A stretch of DNA of 64,000 nucleotides from Tepidiformaceae bacterium (GTDB lineage Bacteria; Chloroflexota; Dehalococcoidia; Tepidiformales; Tepidiformaceae): assembly GCA_965208185.1 (NCBI GenBank), contig OZ242321.1, positions 192,163 to 256,162 of the forward strand, given 5' to 3'. Under the pieces are notes generated by a model, which was given only the letters and a program-made list of their open reading frames with translations, was not told where the DNA came from and did no database searches. A program made the translations under genes and the position numbers. Below are positions 36,244 to 45,321 of the stretch, piece after piece (the stretch's first letter is position 1; each line of letters starts with the position of its first letter).

Positions 36244-36402
36244 TCGTGTCCTGTGCGTCGTTGAACCGCTCGCATGCTACCTGCGCGCTTGCGCCGCCGC
36301 CGCAGCGGCAGTGGGGAGACACGTGGCAGTGAGCTGACGGTCCACGATTCGGACTCTGGGCATGGGGGCCATTACGGTCAAGGGTTGGGGAGGGGCCGCG
36401 GC

Positions 36403-37860
36403 CTAGAGCGGAGCGAGCCTGTTGGCCTCGTCGAGGGCCCCCTCGAAGGCGTGGCCGATCTGCAGGATTGTGCCCTCGGCGCCCACGTCTCCGATGATCT
36501 GGAGACCGACCGGCAGGTCCTCGCTGAGGCCGCAGGGGAGGCTGAGGGCGGGGAGGCCGGCGACGGCGCTGGGAAGCGTGTAGATGTCGTTGAGGTACAT
36601 CGCGTAAGGGTCGTCGAGCTTGTCGCCGACGGGGAAGGCGACGCCGGGGGTGGTGGGGGTCACAAGGGCGTCGTAGCGGGTGAAGGCGTCGCGGAACTCG
36701 TTGGTGATGAGGGTCCGGACCTTCTGCGCCTTCAGGTAGAACTGGTCGTAGTAGCCGGCGCTGAGGGCGTAGACGCCGAGCATGATGCGGCGCTTGACCT
36801 CGTCGCCGAAGCCCTGCTCGCGGGTCTGCTCCATGTTCTCCCACATGCTGCCGCCGCGCTCGCTGAGGCCGTACTTGACCCCGTCGTAGCGGGCCAGGTT
36901 GGAGCTCGCCTCGCTGGGGGCGATGAGGTAGTAGACGGCGAGGGCGTGCTCGGTCATGGGGAGGGAGAGGTCCGTGTCGACCTCGCAGCCGAGCGACTCG
37001 AGGTGGCGGAGCGCCTCGTCGATGCGAGCGCGGACGCCGTCCTCCATTCCCTCCACGAAGTATTCGCGGGGCACGCCGATCTTCTTGCCGGCGACGTCGC
37101 GGCCGAGGTAGTGACGCATGTCGGGTCGGGGAGCAGGATCGCTGGTGGAGTCGCGGGGGTCGTGGCTGCCGATGCCGTCGAGGATGGTGGCGACGTCCTC
37201 GACATCGCGGCCGATGGGCCCCACCTGGTCGAGCGAGCTGCCGAAGGCGATGATGCCGAAGCGGCTGACGCGGCCGTAGGTGGGGTCGAGGCCGACGACG
37301 CCGCAGAGGGCGGCGGGCTGACGGATGCTGCCGCCGGTATCGCTGCCGAGAGCGGCAATGCACTCGCCTGCCGCCACCGCGGCGGCGGAGCCACCGGAGC
37401 TGCCTCCGGGCACGCGGTCGGTGTCCCAGGGGTTGCGGGTGACGCCATAGGCGGAATGCTCGGTGCTGGAGCCCATGGCGAACTCGTCCATGTTCGCCTT
37501 GCCGACCATGACGGCGCCGGCGCGCTTCAGCTGCTCGTAGACGTGGCTGTCGTAGGGCGGGACGAAGTCGCCGAGCATGCGCGAGCCGGCGGTCGTGCGG
37601 ACGCCCTTCGTGACAATGAGGTCCTTGACGGCGAAGGGGATGCCGGTGAGGGGGGTGGCGGTGCCGGCGGCAAAGCGGCCGTCGGCCTCGCGGGCCTGCT
37701 CGCGCGCGACCTCGTCGGTACGCGTGATGTAGGCGTTGACGCGGTCCTCGACGGCATCGACGCGGGCGAGGACCGACTCCGTCAGCTCGACCGAGGAGAA
37801 GTGCTTCTCGCGGAGGCCATCCTGGGCCTCATGCGCCGTCAGCTCCCAGAGCTCGCTCAT
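36403..37860 (-). CDS. gatA: Asp-tRNA(Asn)/Glu-tRNA(Gln) amidotransferase subunit A
   Basis: Amidase signature GGSSGGSAAAVA; 485 aa. It overlaps the gatC stop. Confidence 0.95.
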   Translation of the reverse strand: MSELWELTAHEAQDGLREKHFSSVELTESVLARVDAVEDRVNAYITRTDEVAREQAREADGRFAAGTATPLTGIPFAVKDLIVTKGVRTTAGSRMLGDFVPPYDSHVYEQLKRAGAVMVGKANMDEFAMGSSTEHSAYGVTRNPWDTDRVPGGSSGGSAAAVAAGECIAALGSDTGGSIRQPAALCGVVGLDPTYGRVSRFGIIAFGSSLDQVGPIGRDVEDVATILDGIGSHDPRDSTSDPAPRPDMRHYLGRDVAGKKIGVPREYFVEGMEDGVRARIDEALRHLESLGCEVDTDLSLPMTEHALAVYYLIAPSEASSNLARYDGVKYGLSERGGSMWENMEQTREQGFGDEVKRRIMLGVYALSAGYYDQFYLKAQKVRTLITNEFRDAFTRYDALVTPTTPGVAFPVGDKLDDPYAMYLNDIYTLPSAVAGLPALSLPCGLSEDLPVGLQIIGDVGAEGTILQIGHAFEGALDEANRLAPL

Positions 37861-38144
37861 TCGAGGACGGCGCGCACGCGGATCAGGCCGTCTTCGACCT
37901 CGGGCGCGTTGCTGAGCGCATCATCACGCGCAAGGGAAGGCGCGACGGAGTCGGTGCGCATGACGTTCTGGAGGGGCAGGGGGTGGGCGGTCGGCTCGAC
38001 ATCGTCGGTATCGACGGCGGCCAGCGCCTCGAAGTGTTCGAGGATGTCGGAGAGCTGAACCGTGAGGCGGTCAATCTCGTCGTCGCTCAGGCCGAGGCGA
38101 GCGAGGCGGCCGATATGGAGCACCTGGTCGCGGGAGATGGGCAT
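37857..38144 (-). CDS. gatC: Asp-tRNA(Asn)/Glu-tRNA(Gln) amidotransferase subunit C
   Basis: From ATG 38144: MPISRDQVLHIGRLARLGLSDDEIDRLTVQLSDILEHFEAL...VEPTAHPL. Confidence 0.9.
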   Translation of the reverse strand: MPISRDQVLHIGRLARLGLSDDEIDRLTVQLSDILEHFEALAAVDTDDVEPTAHPLPLQNVMRTDSVAPSLARDDALSNAPEVEDGLIRVRAVLE

Positions 38145-38271
38145 GGCGCGATCGTACACACGGTCTCCCGCACGTGCCCGCAAGGGGCCGTTTTGCTAGG
38201 CTCGATGGTGATGCGGCACCCCGCCCATCCCTCGCACTTGAACCCGACCGCATTGCCAGTCGACTGCGCTT

Positions 38272-41200
38272 TTGCCGATGTCTAGCCGCGTCGTTATCCG
38301 CCGCCGGCTGCGCGCGCGCCGGGCCCGGCAGAAGCGGGGCGGGCTCCCGATCTGGGCGATTCTCGTACTGGTGGTGGGATTCATCGGTTCGGCCACGCTG
38401 GCGGCGGGGGCGGGGAGCGTCTTCGCGGTCTATCAGCACTACGCCCGTGACTACGTCCCGATCGAGGACCTGCTGATCGAGCGGCAGGTCGGAATCACGC
38501 GCATCTTCGACCGGACGGGCGAGGTCGAGCTGGGGGTGCTGACCAACCCCGCCCAGCAGCTCCTTCATCCCGTGGCGCTGGAAGACATCTCGCAGAGCAT
38601 GATCGACGCCACCGTCTCGACGGAGGACAACGCCTTCTGGACGCATCCCGGGGTGAACTACCGGGGCCTCGCGCGGGCGGCCTGGGAGAACTACGTGGGA
38701 GGGGGAATCGGCACGGGCACGGGCGGTTCCTCGATCACACAGCAGCTGATCAAGAACGTTTACATCTGCGGGAGCTTTACCGATCCCGATGACCCCTGCG
38801 TGGCCGAACGCACAGTCGACCGGAAGCTGCGTGAGATCGCCTACGCGATCGAGCTGGAGCAGGACTACACGAAGGTGCAGATCCTCACCTGGTACCTGAA
38901 CCAGATCTCGTACGCGGATCGCTACGTTGGGGTGCAAGCGGCGGCGCAGGGGTACTTCCGCAAGGATGCGGCCGACCTGACCCTTGCGGAGTCGGCGATG
39001 CTGGCGGGCATTCCGCAGTTCCCCACGCTGTACCACCCGCGGTTGAACTGTCTGCGGGACGACGAGGACAACTGCGTTCTCGACTCGCTCGGGCGGATGA
39101 CCGTGGGCGGCCCGGCGAAGGTCCGCCAGGAGGACGTCATCGACCTGATGGTGACCCACGGCTGGATCACGTTCTCGGAGGCTTCGGACGCGAAGGCGGA
39201 GACGCTCTATGTGTACCCCGCCGCGACGACCGCAGCCCAGGACGCATCCGCGTTCATCGATAACCAGGTCGAGCCGCGGCTGGTGCGGATGTGCGAGGCG
39301 GGCCTGCTGCCCAAGCTGGAGAACGTCGACGATTGCCTCACGAGCGTGCACAGCGCCGGCTGGACGGTTCGCACCACGCTGGACTGGACGGCAACCCAGG
39401 ATGCGCTGGCGATGGCGCGGGAGGCCATCGAGCGGGGGCTGGAGGCGGGCTGCGAGTGCCACAACGCGGCAGTCGTGACGATCGAGCCGGAGACGGGTGA
39501 GCTGCTGGTCTACGCGCCCAATCGTGACCCGTCGGTCACGGCAGACCCGCGGGTGGCAGGAAACGTCGACCAGCTCGTGGAGATCAACCAGCCGGGGTCG
39601 GCGTTCAAGCCGGCGGTGTACCTGGCCTGGTTCGAATACGCGCAAAAGGCGCCGATGAGCATCCTCTGGGATACCAACCCGCTCGAGCTCGAGGGTGAGG
39701 AGGTCGAGATCATCAATCCGCGCACGGAGCCACGAACGGAGGGGCTGATCTCGGCGCGGGCGGCACTGGGCGGCTCGCAAAACGTGGCCGCCTACCGGGC
39801 GGCGCAGGAGGCGGGCATCGACAACGTGATCACGATGGCGAAGCTCCTGGGGATCACGACGATCGATCAGCAGTTCGACCCGACCTTCGTGTCGCACCTC
39901 GATATCTACTACGGCGCCTCGATCGCGACCGGAGGCGCCAATATCCGCGCTGTCGACATGGCCTACATGAACGCAACCATCGCCAACATGGGGGTGATGG
40001 TGGGGGTGCCCCACCACGCCACGACTGTCGCGCCCGACACCCTCAACAACACCGCCTTCGACGAGGGCGTCGACTACGAGAGTGCGCTCCAGCAGAAGCT
40101 CGATTTCCAGCGCGGGCACCTGCGGCTGCCGGGGACGCGTCCGCTCGACCCGGTGGTGGTGCTGGAGGTACGCGACATCAACAACCGCGTCATCTTCCAG
40201 CACCAGGGGCCGCAGCGGATCCGCACGGTGGACGCGGGGAGCGTCTGGCTGCTGCACAGCGTCATGTCGGACTGCACGGCTCGCTTCGTCATCTGGAGCT
40301 GCGGTGAGAGCAACGAGGACATCCGGCTTGATACGTTCGTGAACGGCGAGAAGCTCCCGGCCGGGATCAAGACGGGGACGCAACAGGGGCCGCTGGACGC
40401 CGACGACACGCTGGAAACGTGGATGAACGGCTACTCGCGTCACGCTGCCACGGCGGTGTGGGTCGGCAACGCCACGAACGAGCTCGTGATCGACGGGCGC
40501 AGCGGCGAATACGCCTCGGCCCGGACAACGCTGTGGCTGTTCAAGAACTGGATGGGGGAGTACCACAACTACCTGCTGGACGAAGCGCGGATCGAGGCGA
40601 TCGCGGACTTCGAAGAGCTGCAGCCCGACAACGTCGAGCTCCAGGACTTCGCCACGCCGGCGACCGACCGCATTCTTGATGGAGGCTGCGAGCAGGTCGT
40701 GGAGGCGTGGGTTCGCACGGATGTCGAATACGAGGAACCGTGCGAGCCGGCGGTGATCGACACGCGCAACGGGCTTCTCGCCTCGAGCAAGACGCCGCTG
40801 CGCTTCCGCGAGGTCCAGCAGTTCGTGAAGCTTCCAGGGTGGGAGCCAGAACTCGCGATCAAGCTGGTGGAGGAACCCCCCGAGGACCTGGACGTGTTCA
40901 TTCCTCTGATGCCGGAGGAGGAGAGCACAGGGTTGCGCGCCGTCGAGATCGCCTGGCCGCCCCCCAGTGGTGACGTCGGGCGGGGGACACAGGTGCTGGG
41001 CAGCGTGAACGTTGGGCGCCTGACCGAGTGGCTTCTGGAGATCGGTCCTGGGGCCAATCCCGGGGAAGACGACTGGGTCGTGCTCGCGTCGGGCGAGGAG
41101 AACGTGTTGAGCGAGCTGCTGGGCACTATCGAACTGGAGGAGTTCGCACCGCGGGTGTACACCTTGCGGCTCACGGCGCGTCAGGGGTTGCTGGCGCCGC

Positions 41201-41364
41201 TGCGCTCCACGATCCAGGTGAACGTGAACGACGGACCACCGACGCCTCCCTTCAGGACGGTGAGCTCAGACCCCACATCGCCGAGCATCCCGTTCGACGA
41301 CGGACCGCCGGAACCGCCAGAGCCTGACGAGCCGCCAGAGCCTGATGAGCCAGAGGAGCCGTAG
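38272..41364 (+). CDS. bifunctional class A penicillin-binding protein (GT51 glycosyltransferase + transpeptidase) with long C-terminal extension
   Basis: GT51 motifs STEDNAFWTHPG and GGSSITQQL, SxxK (GSAFKP), and an N-terminal TM helix. The C-terminal ~350 aa carry no recognised domain and end in PEPPEPDEPPEPDEPEEP. Confidence 0.9.
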   Translation: MPMSSRVVIRRRLRARRARQKRGGLPIWAILVLVVGFIGSATLAAGAGSVFAVYQHYARDYVPIEDLLIERQVGITRIFDRTGEVELGVLTNPAQQLLHPVALEDISQSMIDATVSTEDNAFWTHPGVNYRGLARAAWENYVGGGIGTGTGGSSITQQLIKNVYICGSFTDPDDPCVAERTVDRKLREIAYAIELEQDYTKVQILTWYLNQISYADRYVGVQAAAQGYFRKDAADLTLAESAMLAGIPQFPTLYHPRLNCLRDDEDNCVLDSLGRMTVGGPAKVRQEDVIDLMVTHGWITFSEASDAKAETLYVYPAATTAAQDASAFIDNQVEPRLVRMCEAGLLPKLENVDDCLTSVHSAGWTVRTTLDWTATQDALAMAREAIERGLEAGCECHNAAVVTIEPETGELLVYAPNRDPSVTADPRVAGNVDQLVEINQPGSAFKPAVYLAWFEYAQKAPMSILWDTNPLELEGEEVEIINPRTEPRTEGLISARAALGGSQNVAAYRAAQEAGIDNVITMAKLLGITTIDQQFDPTFVSHLDIYYGASIATGGANIRAVDMAYMNATIANMGVMVGVPHHATTVAPDTLNNTAFDEGVDYESALQQKLDFQRGHLRLPGTRPLDPVVVLEVRDINNRVIFQHQGPQRIRTVDAGSVWLLHSVMSDCTARFVIWSCGESNEDIRLDTFVNGEKLPAGIKTGTQQGPLDADDTLETWMNGYSRHAATAVWVGNATNELVIDGRSGEYASARTTLWLFKNWMGEYHNYLLDEARIEAIADFEELQPDNVELQDFATPATDRILDGGCEQVVEAWVRTDVEYEEPCEPAVIDTRNGLLASSKTPLRFREVQQFVKLPGWEPELAIKLVEEPPEDLDVFIPLMPEEESTGLRAVEIAWPPPSGDVGRGTQVLGSVNVGRLTEWLLEIGPGANPGEDDWVVLASGEENVLSELLGTIELEEFAPRVYTLRLTARQGLLAPLRSTIQVNVNDGPPTPPFRTVSSDPTSPSIPFDDGPPEPPEPDEPPEPDEPEEP

Positions 41365-41376
41365 GGCCCAGAGGCG

Positions 41377-42294
41377 CTAGCGGAAGCGGGCGCCCACCTT
41401 CAACCCGACCTCGGCGGCCCACTCGCCGGCGTTCACCTTGCGCGCGCCCTGGGGCTGCACGCGCTTCACGTGAAGGACTCCCCCGTTGAGGCGCAGATCG
41501 ATGCCGTCTTCCTCGATGCGGAGGACGGCGCCGGGCATGCCGGGCTCGTCGCGCAGCGAGAGGCGGCAGTCGAAGACGCCGAGCCGCTCGCCGCGGCGGG
41601 TGGTCCAGGCGCCGGGCTGCGGATTGCAGCCACGGATGAGGTCGTAGACCTGCTGGGCGGGAAGGTGCCAGGGAATGCGGGCGTGTTCCCCGCCGCAGGG
41701 CGGTTCGTAGGTCGAGAGGGCGTGGTCCTGCTCGAGGCGGGGCGCCTCGCCGGAATCGACGAGGGCGACGGCCTCGGCCATGGCGTCGACGCCCATGGGG
41801 AAGAGGCGCTCGAAGTAGAGGGAGCCGAGGGTGTCGTCGGGGCCGATCTCGCAGGTCTTCTGGAGGAGGACGGGACCCGTATCCATGCCCTTGTCGGGCC
41901 AGAAGATGCTGAGGCCCGTCTCGGTTCTGCCGAAGATGATGGGCCAGTTCATGGCGGAAGACCCGCGGTGGAGGGGCAGGAGGCTGGGGTGGTACTGGAT
42001 CGTGCCGTGTTCCGGGGCGGTGAGGGCTTCCTCGGGCAGCATCTCCGTGACGAAGGCCATGACGCCGAGTTCGGCGCCGGCGGCCTGCCAGGCAGCAAGG
42101 CCCTCCTCGCCCTTGAGGGTGGCGGTATCGATGGGGGTGAGCCCCGCTTCCTCGGCCGCAACCCAGAGGGGGTCGGGGCGGTCGCCCTCGCGCGGCTCGG
42201 GGGCAGAGGCGGCAACGATCTCCACGCCGTCCTCGATCAGGCGCTTCAGCACAGCTTCCCCGAAAGCGGCCTGACCGATGATCGAGACGCGCAT
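41377..42294 (-). CDS. formyltransferase-family protein (Fmt / 10-formyl-THF-hydrolase-domain-like)
   Basis: HPSLLPLHRGSSAMNWPI motif and a C-terminal Fmt_C-like domain; 305 aa. Confidence 0.8.
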   Translation of the reverse strand: MRVSIIGQAAFGEAVLKRLIEDGVEIVAASAPEPREGDRPDPLWVAAEEAGLTPIDTATLKGEEGLAAWQAAGAELGVMAFVTEMLPEEALTAPEHGTIQYHPSLLPLHRGSSAMNWPIIFGRTETGLSIFWPDKGMDTGPVLLQKTCEIGPDDTLGSLYFERLFPMGVDAMAEAVALVDSGEAPRLEQDHALSTYEPPCGGEHARIPWHLPAQQVYDLIRGCNPQPGAWTTRRGERLGVFDCRLSLRDEPGMPGAVLRIEEDGIDLRLNGGVLHVKRVQPQGARKVNAGEWAAEVGLKVGARFR

Positions 42295-42523
42295 GCCTTC
42301 CTCCCCGGGCCGAGTCGGCTCAGCGGGAGCCTACACCAGCACGCAGGGCGAGCGTGTAAGCCCCAATGGGGCCTACACTCACCCTACGATGCTGCAGCGA
42401 CCAGTATCCGAAGGAGCCCCTCAGGGCGGCGTTCAAGCCGCCCTGGCGCGCGGCGGAGCCGGGGCCGGGCCAAGGGCCTGAGCCTCGTTAGCCGTTCCGT
42501 CCCGCGTACCTGGAGGTTTTCCA

Positions 42524-42991
42524 ATGGTCTGTGTCGAACCGGCCCGCCTGAGCGATGCCGACGCCATCCATGCCCTGATCGATGACTGGGCGCAGCGTGG
42601 CGAGATGCTCGAACGCCCGCTCGGCGAAATCCACGAGGCGATCCGCGACTTCAAGGTCGCCCGCGAGGGGGACGAGGTGGTGGGGTGCGGCTCGCTCCAC
42701 ATCATGGGGACCGATCTCGCCGAGATTCGCTCGCTGGCGGTGCGCGAGGACCAGCACGGCAAGGGCGTCGGCGCGATGATCGTGGAGGAGTGCGTCGAAG
42801 AGGGCAGGGAGATGGGCATCGAGCGTGTGTTTGCGCTCACCTACCAGCCCGGATTCTTCGAGCGCCAGGGGTTTGTTCTCGCGAACGTAATGGACTTTCC
42901 CCAGAAAGTCTGGAACGAGTGCGTGCGCTGTCCGTTCTTCACCGACTGCCGGGAGATCGCGGTGGTGCGTGACCTGAGGGCCGAGGGCTAG
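42524..42991 (+). CDS. GNAT N-acetyltransferase (ArgA C-terminal-domain-like)
   Basis: Acetyl-CoA motif LAVREDQHGKGVGAMIVEE. GGAGG lies upstream of the ATG. Confidence 0.8.
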   Translation: MVCVEPARLSDADAIHALIDDWAQRGEMLERPLGEIHEAIRDFKVAREGDEVVGCGSLHIMGTDLAEIRSLAVREDQHGKGVGAMIVEECVEEGREMGIERVFALTYQPGFFERQGFVLANVMDFPQKVWNECVRCPFFTDCREIAVVRDLRAEG

Positions 42992-43038
42992 CGAGTCCAG
43001 GATCCTTCCCCTGTTGGTAGCGCTATGGGCGCAGGGAC

Positions 43039-43557
43039 TCACTCAGGGCTACAGGTGCAGGCGCTCTCGACGTTGAGCTGGCACCGACCGTAGTCTCCTT
43101 GGTCCGATAGGTACCGGCACTGGTCGTAGGGGGTGCCCTGTTGCGGCGGGTAGATGACTTCTACTTCGCAGGTATCGAACTGCAGCCTGCCAAGTATCCG
43201 CATGGCCTTACGCCGGGGGTGCGAGAAGACCATCGTCAGTTGAACCTCGCCGTCCTTGTCGGGATCTCCTATCCCATGAAGGGTGCGGTCGATCTCGATG
43301 TCGGAGCCCTCGATGAGCGAGTACGCATACTGCTCGAGTACGGGGTGATTCCCCTGCGAGTCCAGACAGGCTTCGATTTTCTGCAGGACGGATAGTGGTG
43401 CGTCCGGGGTGGATGGCGATGGCTCCGGGACAGACGGTGGGGGACTGCCGCAGGCCATTGCGGCGATGAGGGCGAACGCAAGCAGGAACCAGGTAAAAGG
43501 ACGCACGCCGTGCGTCCTTGCGGGTCTGCCCGAGTCCCCGGGGGCGAATCTCCTCAT
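43039..43557 (-). CDS. hypothetical lipoprotein
   Basis: From ATG 43557: signal peptide plus lipobox (FLLAFALIAAMAC). 172 aa, six further Cys. Visibly lower GC. The remainder of the 295-aa track ORF is an upstream artefact. Confidence 0.6.
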   Translation of the reverse strand: MRRFAPGDSGRPARTHGVRPFTWFLLAFALIAAMACGSPPPSVPEPSPSTPDAPLSVLQKIEACLDSQGNHPVLEQYAYSLIEGSDIEIDRTLHGIGDPDKDGEVQLTMVFSHPRRKAMRILGRLQFDTCEVEVIYPPQQGTPYDQCRYLSDQGDYGRCQLNVESACTCSPE

Positions 43558-43594
43558 GGAGCCTTCCAGAGGGCCCCTTCGAGCAAGGGAAGCC

Positions 43595-45214
43595 CTAGTA
43601 CTTCGAGATCTCGATCTCCTTCTGGGTGATGAACTCCAGGAGGGCGGGGTTGCCGGCTTCCGTCTGGGCGATGCCGCGCTTGATGGCGGGCACGATCTCG
43701 GAGGCGTCGGTGACGCGCTCGCCGTAGCCGCCGAACGCCGCGGCCATGTCGGCGTAGTTCCCGCTGATGTCGGTGCTGCGGTACTTCTCGGTGGCGGCCT
43801 GCATGATGGGCAACTCGATCGCCATGGAGAAGTTATTGAGGAGGATGGAGAGGATGGGGATGCGCTCTCGCACGGCCGTTTCGAAGTCCATGCCGGTGAA
43901 GCCGATGGCAGCGTCGCCCCAGACATTGATGCAGAGCCGGTCGGGCCGGGCGAGCTTGGCGCCCATGGCGTAGCCGAGGCCGGTTCCGAGCTGGGTCGTC
44001 TTGCCCCAGCCGATGTAGCTGAGGGGCGTGCGGCTCTCCCAGAAGGGCGAGAGCTGGTCGCGCGGGCTGCCGGCGTCGTGCGTGATGATCGTGTTGTCCA
44101 CGTCGACGGTGTGCAGCAGGTCCCAGATCACGCGGTAGGGCGAGAGGGGGGAGGAGTCATCGGTCAGCTTCGGCTTCCACTGCTCCAGCCACTCCGCCTT
44201 GATGGTGGCGATGCGGTCGGTGACGCCGTCGCGTGAGGCGCTTGCGCCGTCGAGCTCGCAGAGGAGGGCGTCGAGGGTCAGTTTGGCGTCGCCGATGAGG
44301 GCGTGGGCGGAGGCGACATCCTTGTTGACGTCGGCCGGGTCCAGGGTGGCGTGGATGATCGTCTTGCCCTTAGGCATGGCGACGCCGAACCCCGTCGCCG
44401 CGAAGCTGCAACCGATGCCGAAGATGACATCGGCGTCCTGCAGGAACTCGTGGACGGCGCGGGGTATTGAACGGCCTCCCGAACCGAGGGAGAGGGGATG
44501 GTTCTCGGGGAAGGCGCTTTTGCCCTGGAGGCTCGTCGTGACGGGAATCTGGAGGCGCTCGGCGAGCTCACGAAGCTCGTCCCAGGCCTTCGCGTAGTGC
44601 ACGCCCTGCCCGGCGTAGATCACGGGCCGCTCGGCGTTGCGGAGCACCTCGGCGACGGTCTTGACGGCCTCGGGGTCGGGGCCCGAGCGGAGGGCGGGAG
44701 CGGGCTCGTAGGCGAAGTCGTCGGGGACATCCTCCTGGAATACGTCGCCGGGAATCTCGATGAGGACGGGGCGGGGGCGGCCGTTGCGCACCTGGGTGAA
44801 AGCGCGGCGCATGACGTCGGGAACGGTCGAGCCGAGGGTGACCTGCTCGGTCCACTTGGTGACGTGCTGGAAGTTGAGGAAGGAGTTGAAGTTGGGAGCC
44901 GTGTTGGTGATGCGGCGGGCATAGCCGCCCGGCATCACGAGGATGGGGACGGAGTCGCCGTAGGCCTGGGCGACGCCGCCAAAGGCGTTCTCGGCGCCGG
45001 GCCCGTGCTGCATGGCGAAAACGCCGATGCGGTCGCCCGAATTCACGCGGCTGAAGGCGTCGGCCATGTGCAGGCCGACGCGTTCCTGGCGGACGATGAT
45101 CGTGCGGACGTCGGCGCGGGCGGCCGCCTCGATGATGGGGTTGACGGGATAGGCGACGAGGAACTCGACCCCCTCGCGCTTCAGGATTTCGGCTACGGCA
45201 TCGGCGACTTTCAT
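43595..45214 (-). CDS. thiamine-diphosphate-dependent enzyme (acetolactate-synthase-large-subunit-like family)
   Basis: 539 aa with TPP_enzyme N/M/C architecture, including QHGPGAENAFGGVAQAY and the TPP-binding region GWGKTTQLGTGLGYAMGAK...VWGDAAIGF...NN. Confidence 0.85.
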   Translation of the reverse strand: MKVADAVAEILKREGVEFLVAYPVNPIIEAAARADVRTIIVRQERVGLHMADAFSRVNSGDRIGVFAMQHGPGAENAFGGVAQAYGDSVPILVMPGGYARRITNTAPNFNSFLNFQHVTKWTEQVTLGSTVPDVMRRAFTQVRNGRPRPVLIEIPGDVFQEDVPDDFAYEPAPALRSGPDPEAVKTVAEVLRNAERPVIYAGQGVHYAKAWDELRELAERLQIPVTTSLQGKSAFPENHPLSLGSGGRSIPRAVHEFLQDADVIFGIGCSFAATGFGVAMPKGKTIIHATLDPADVNKDVASAHALIGDAKLTLDALLCELDGASASRDGVTDRIATIKAEWLEQWKPKLTDDSSPLSPYRVIWDLLHTVDVDNTIITHDAGSPRDQLSPFWESRTPLSYIGWGKTTQLGTGLGYAMGAKLARPDRLCINVWGDAAIGFTGMDFETAVRERIPILSILLNNFSMAIELPIMQAATEKYRSTDISGNYADMAAAFGGYGERVTDASEIVPAIKRGIAQTEAGNPALLEFITQKEIEISKY

Positions 45215-45321
45215 GGCTTCCCCCTTGCGTGCCGCGACGGGGCCGTTCGCGGCGGCGTCAGTCTACCGGTCGGGCGGTCGCGCTTGCCGCAAGCGCAGGG
45301 TGGCGCGCACAATTCGGCGCG

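Noticed and set aside
38071-40566. 831-aa minus-strand ORF opposite the PBP gene. Similar long shadow ORFs: 60194..62347 (-), 23548..26628 (+), 21270..23372 (+), 33449..34780 (+), 36274..38058 (+), 14940..16106 (-), 15887..17017 (-), 26892..28415 (-), 34974..36332 (+), 55809..56912 (-), 59216..60130 (-), 62683..63717 (-)
   Set aside because: All lie antisense to genes with unambiguous family motifs. Their translations are Arg/Gly/Ala/Pro/His-rich low-complexity sequence typical of stop-poor frames in ~70% GC DNA.
42424-42452. ZTP (pfl) riboswitch-like GCCGCCCTGGCGC near the formyltransferase-like gene
   Set aside because: The motif is on the plus strand, which is the wrong strand for that gene. 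It differs from the CCGCCUGGGC consensus, and no upstream GGGUCGUGAC...CCGGGCGGA sub-domain is visible.
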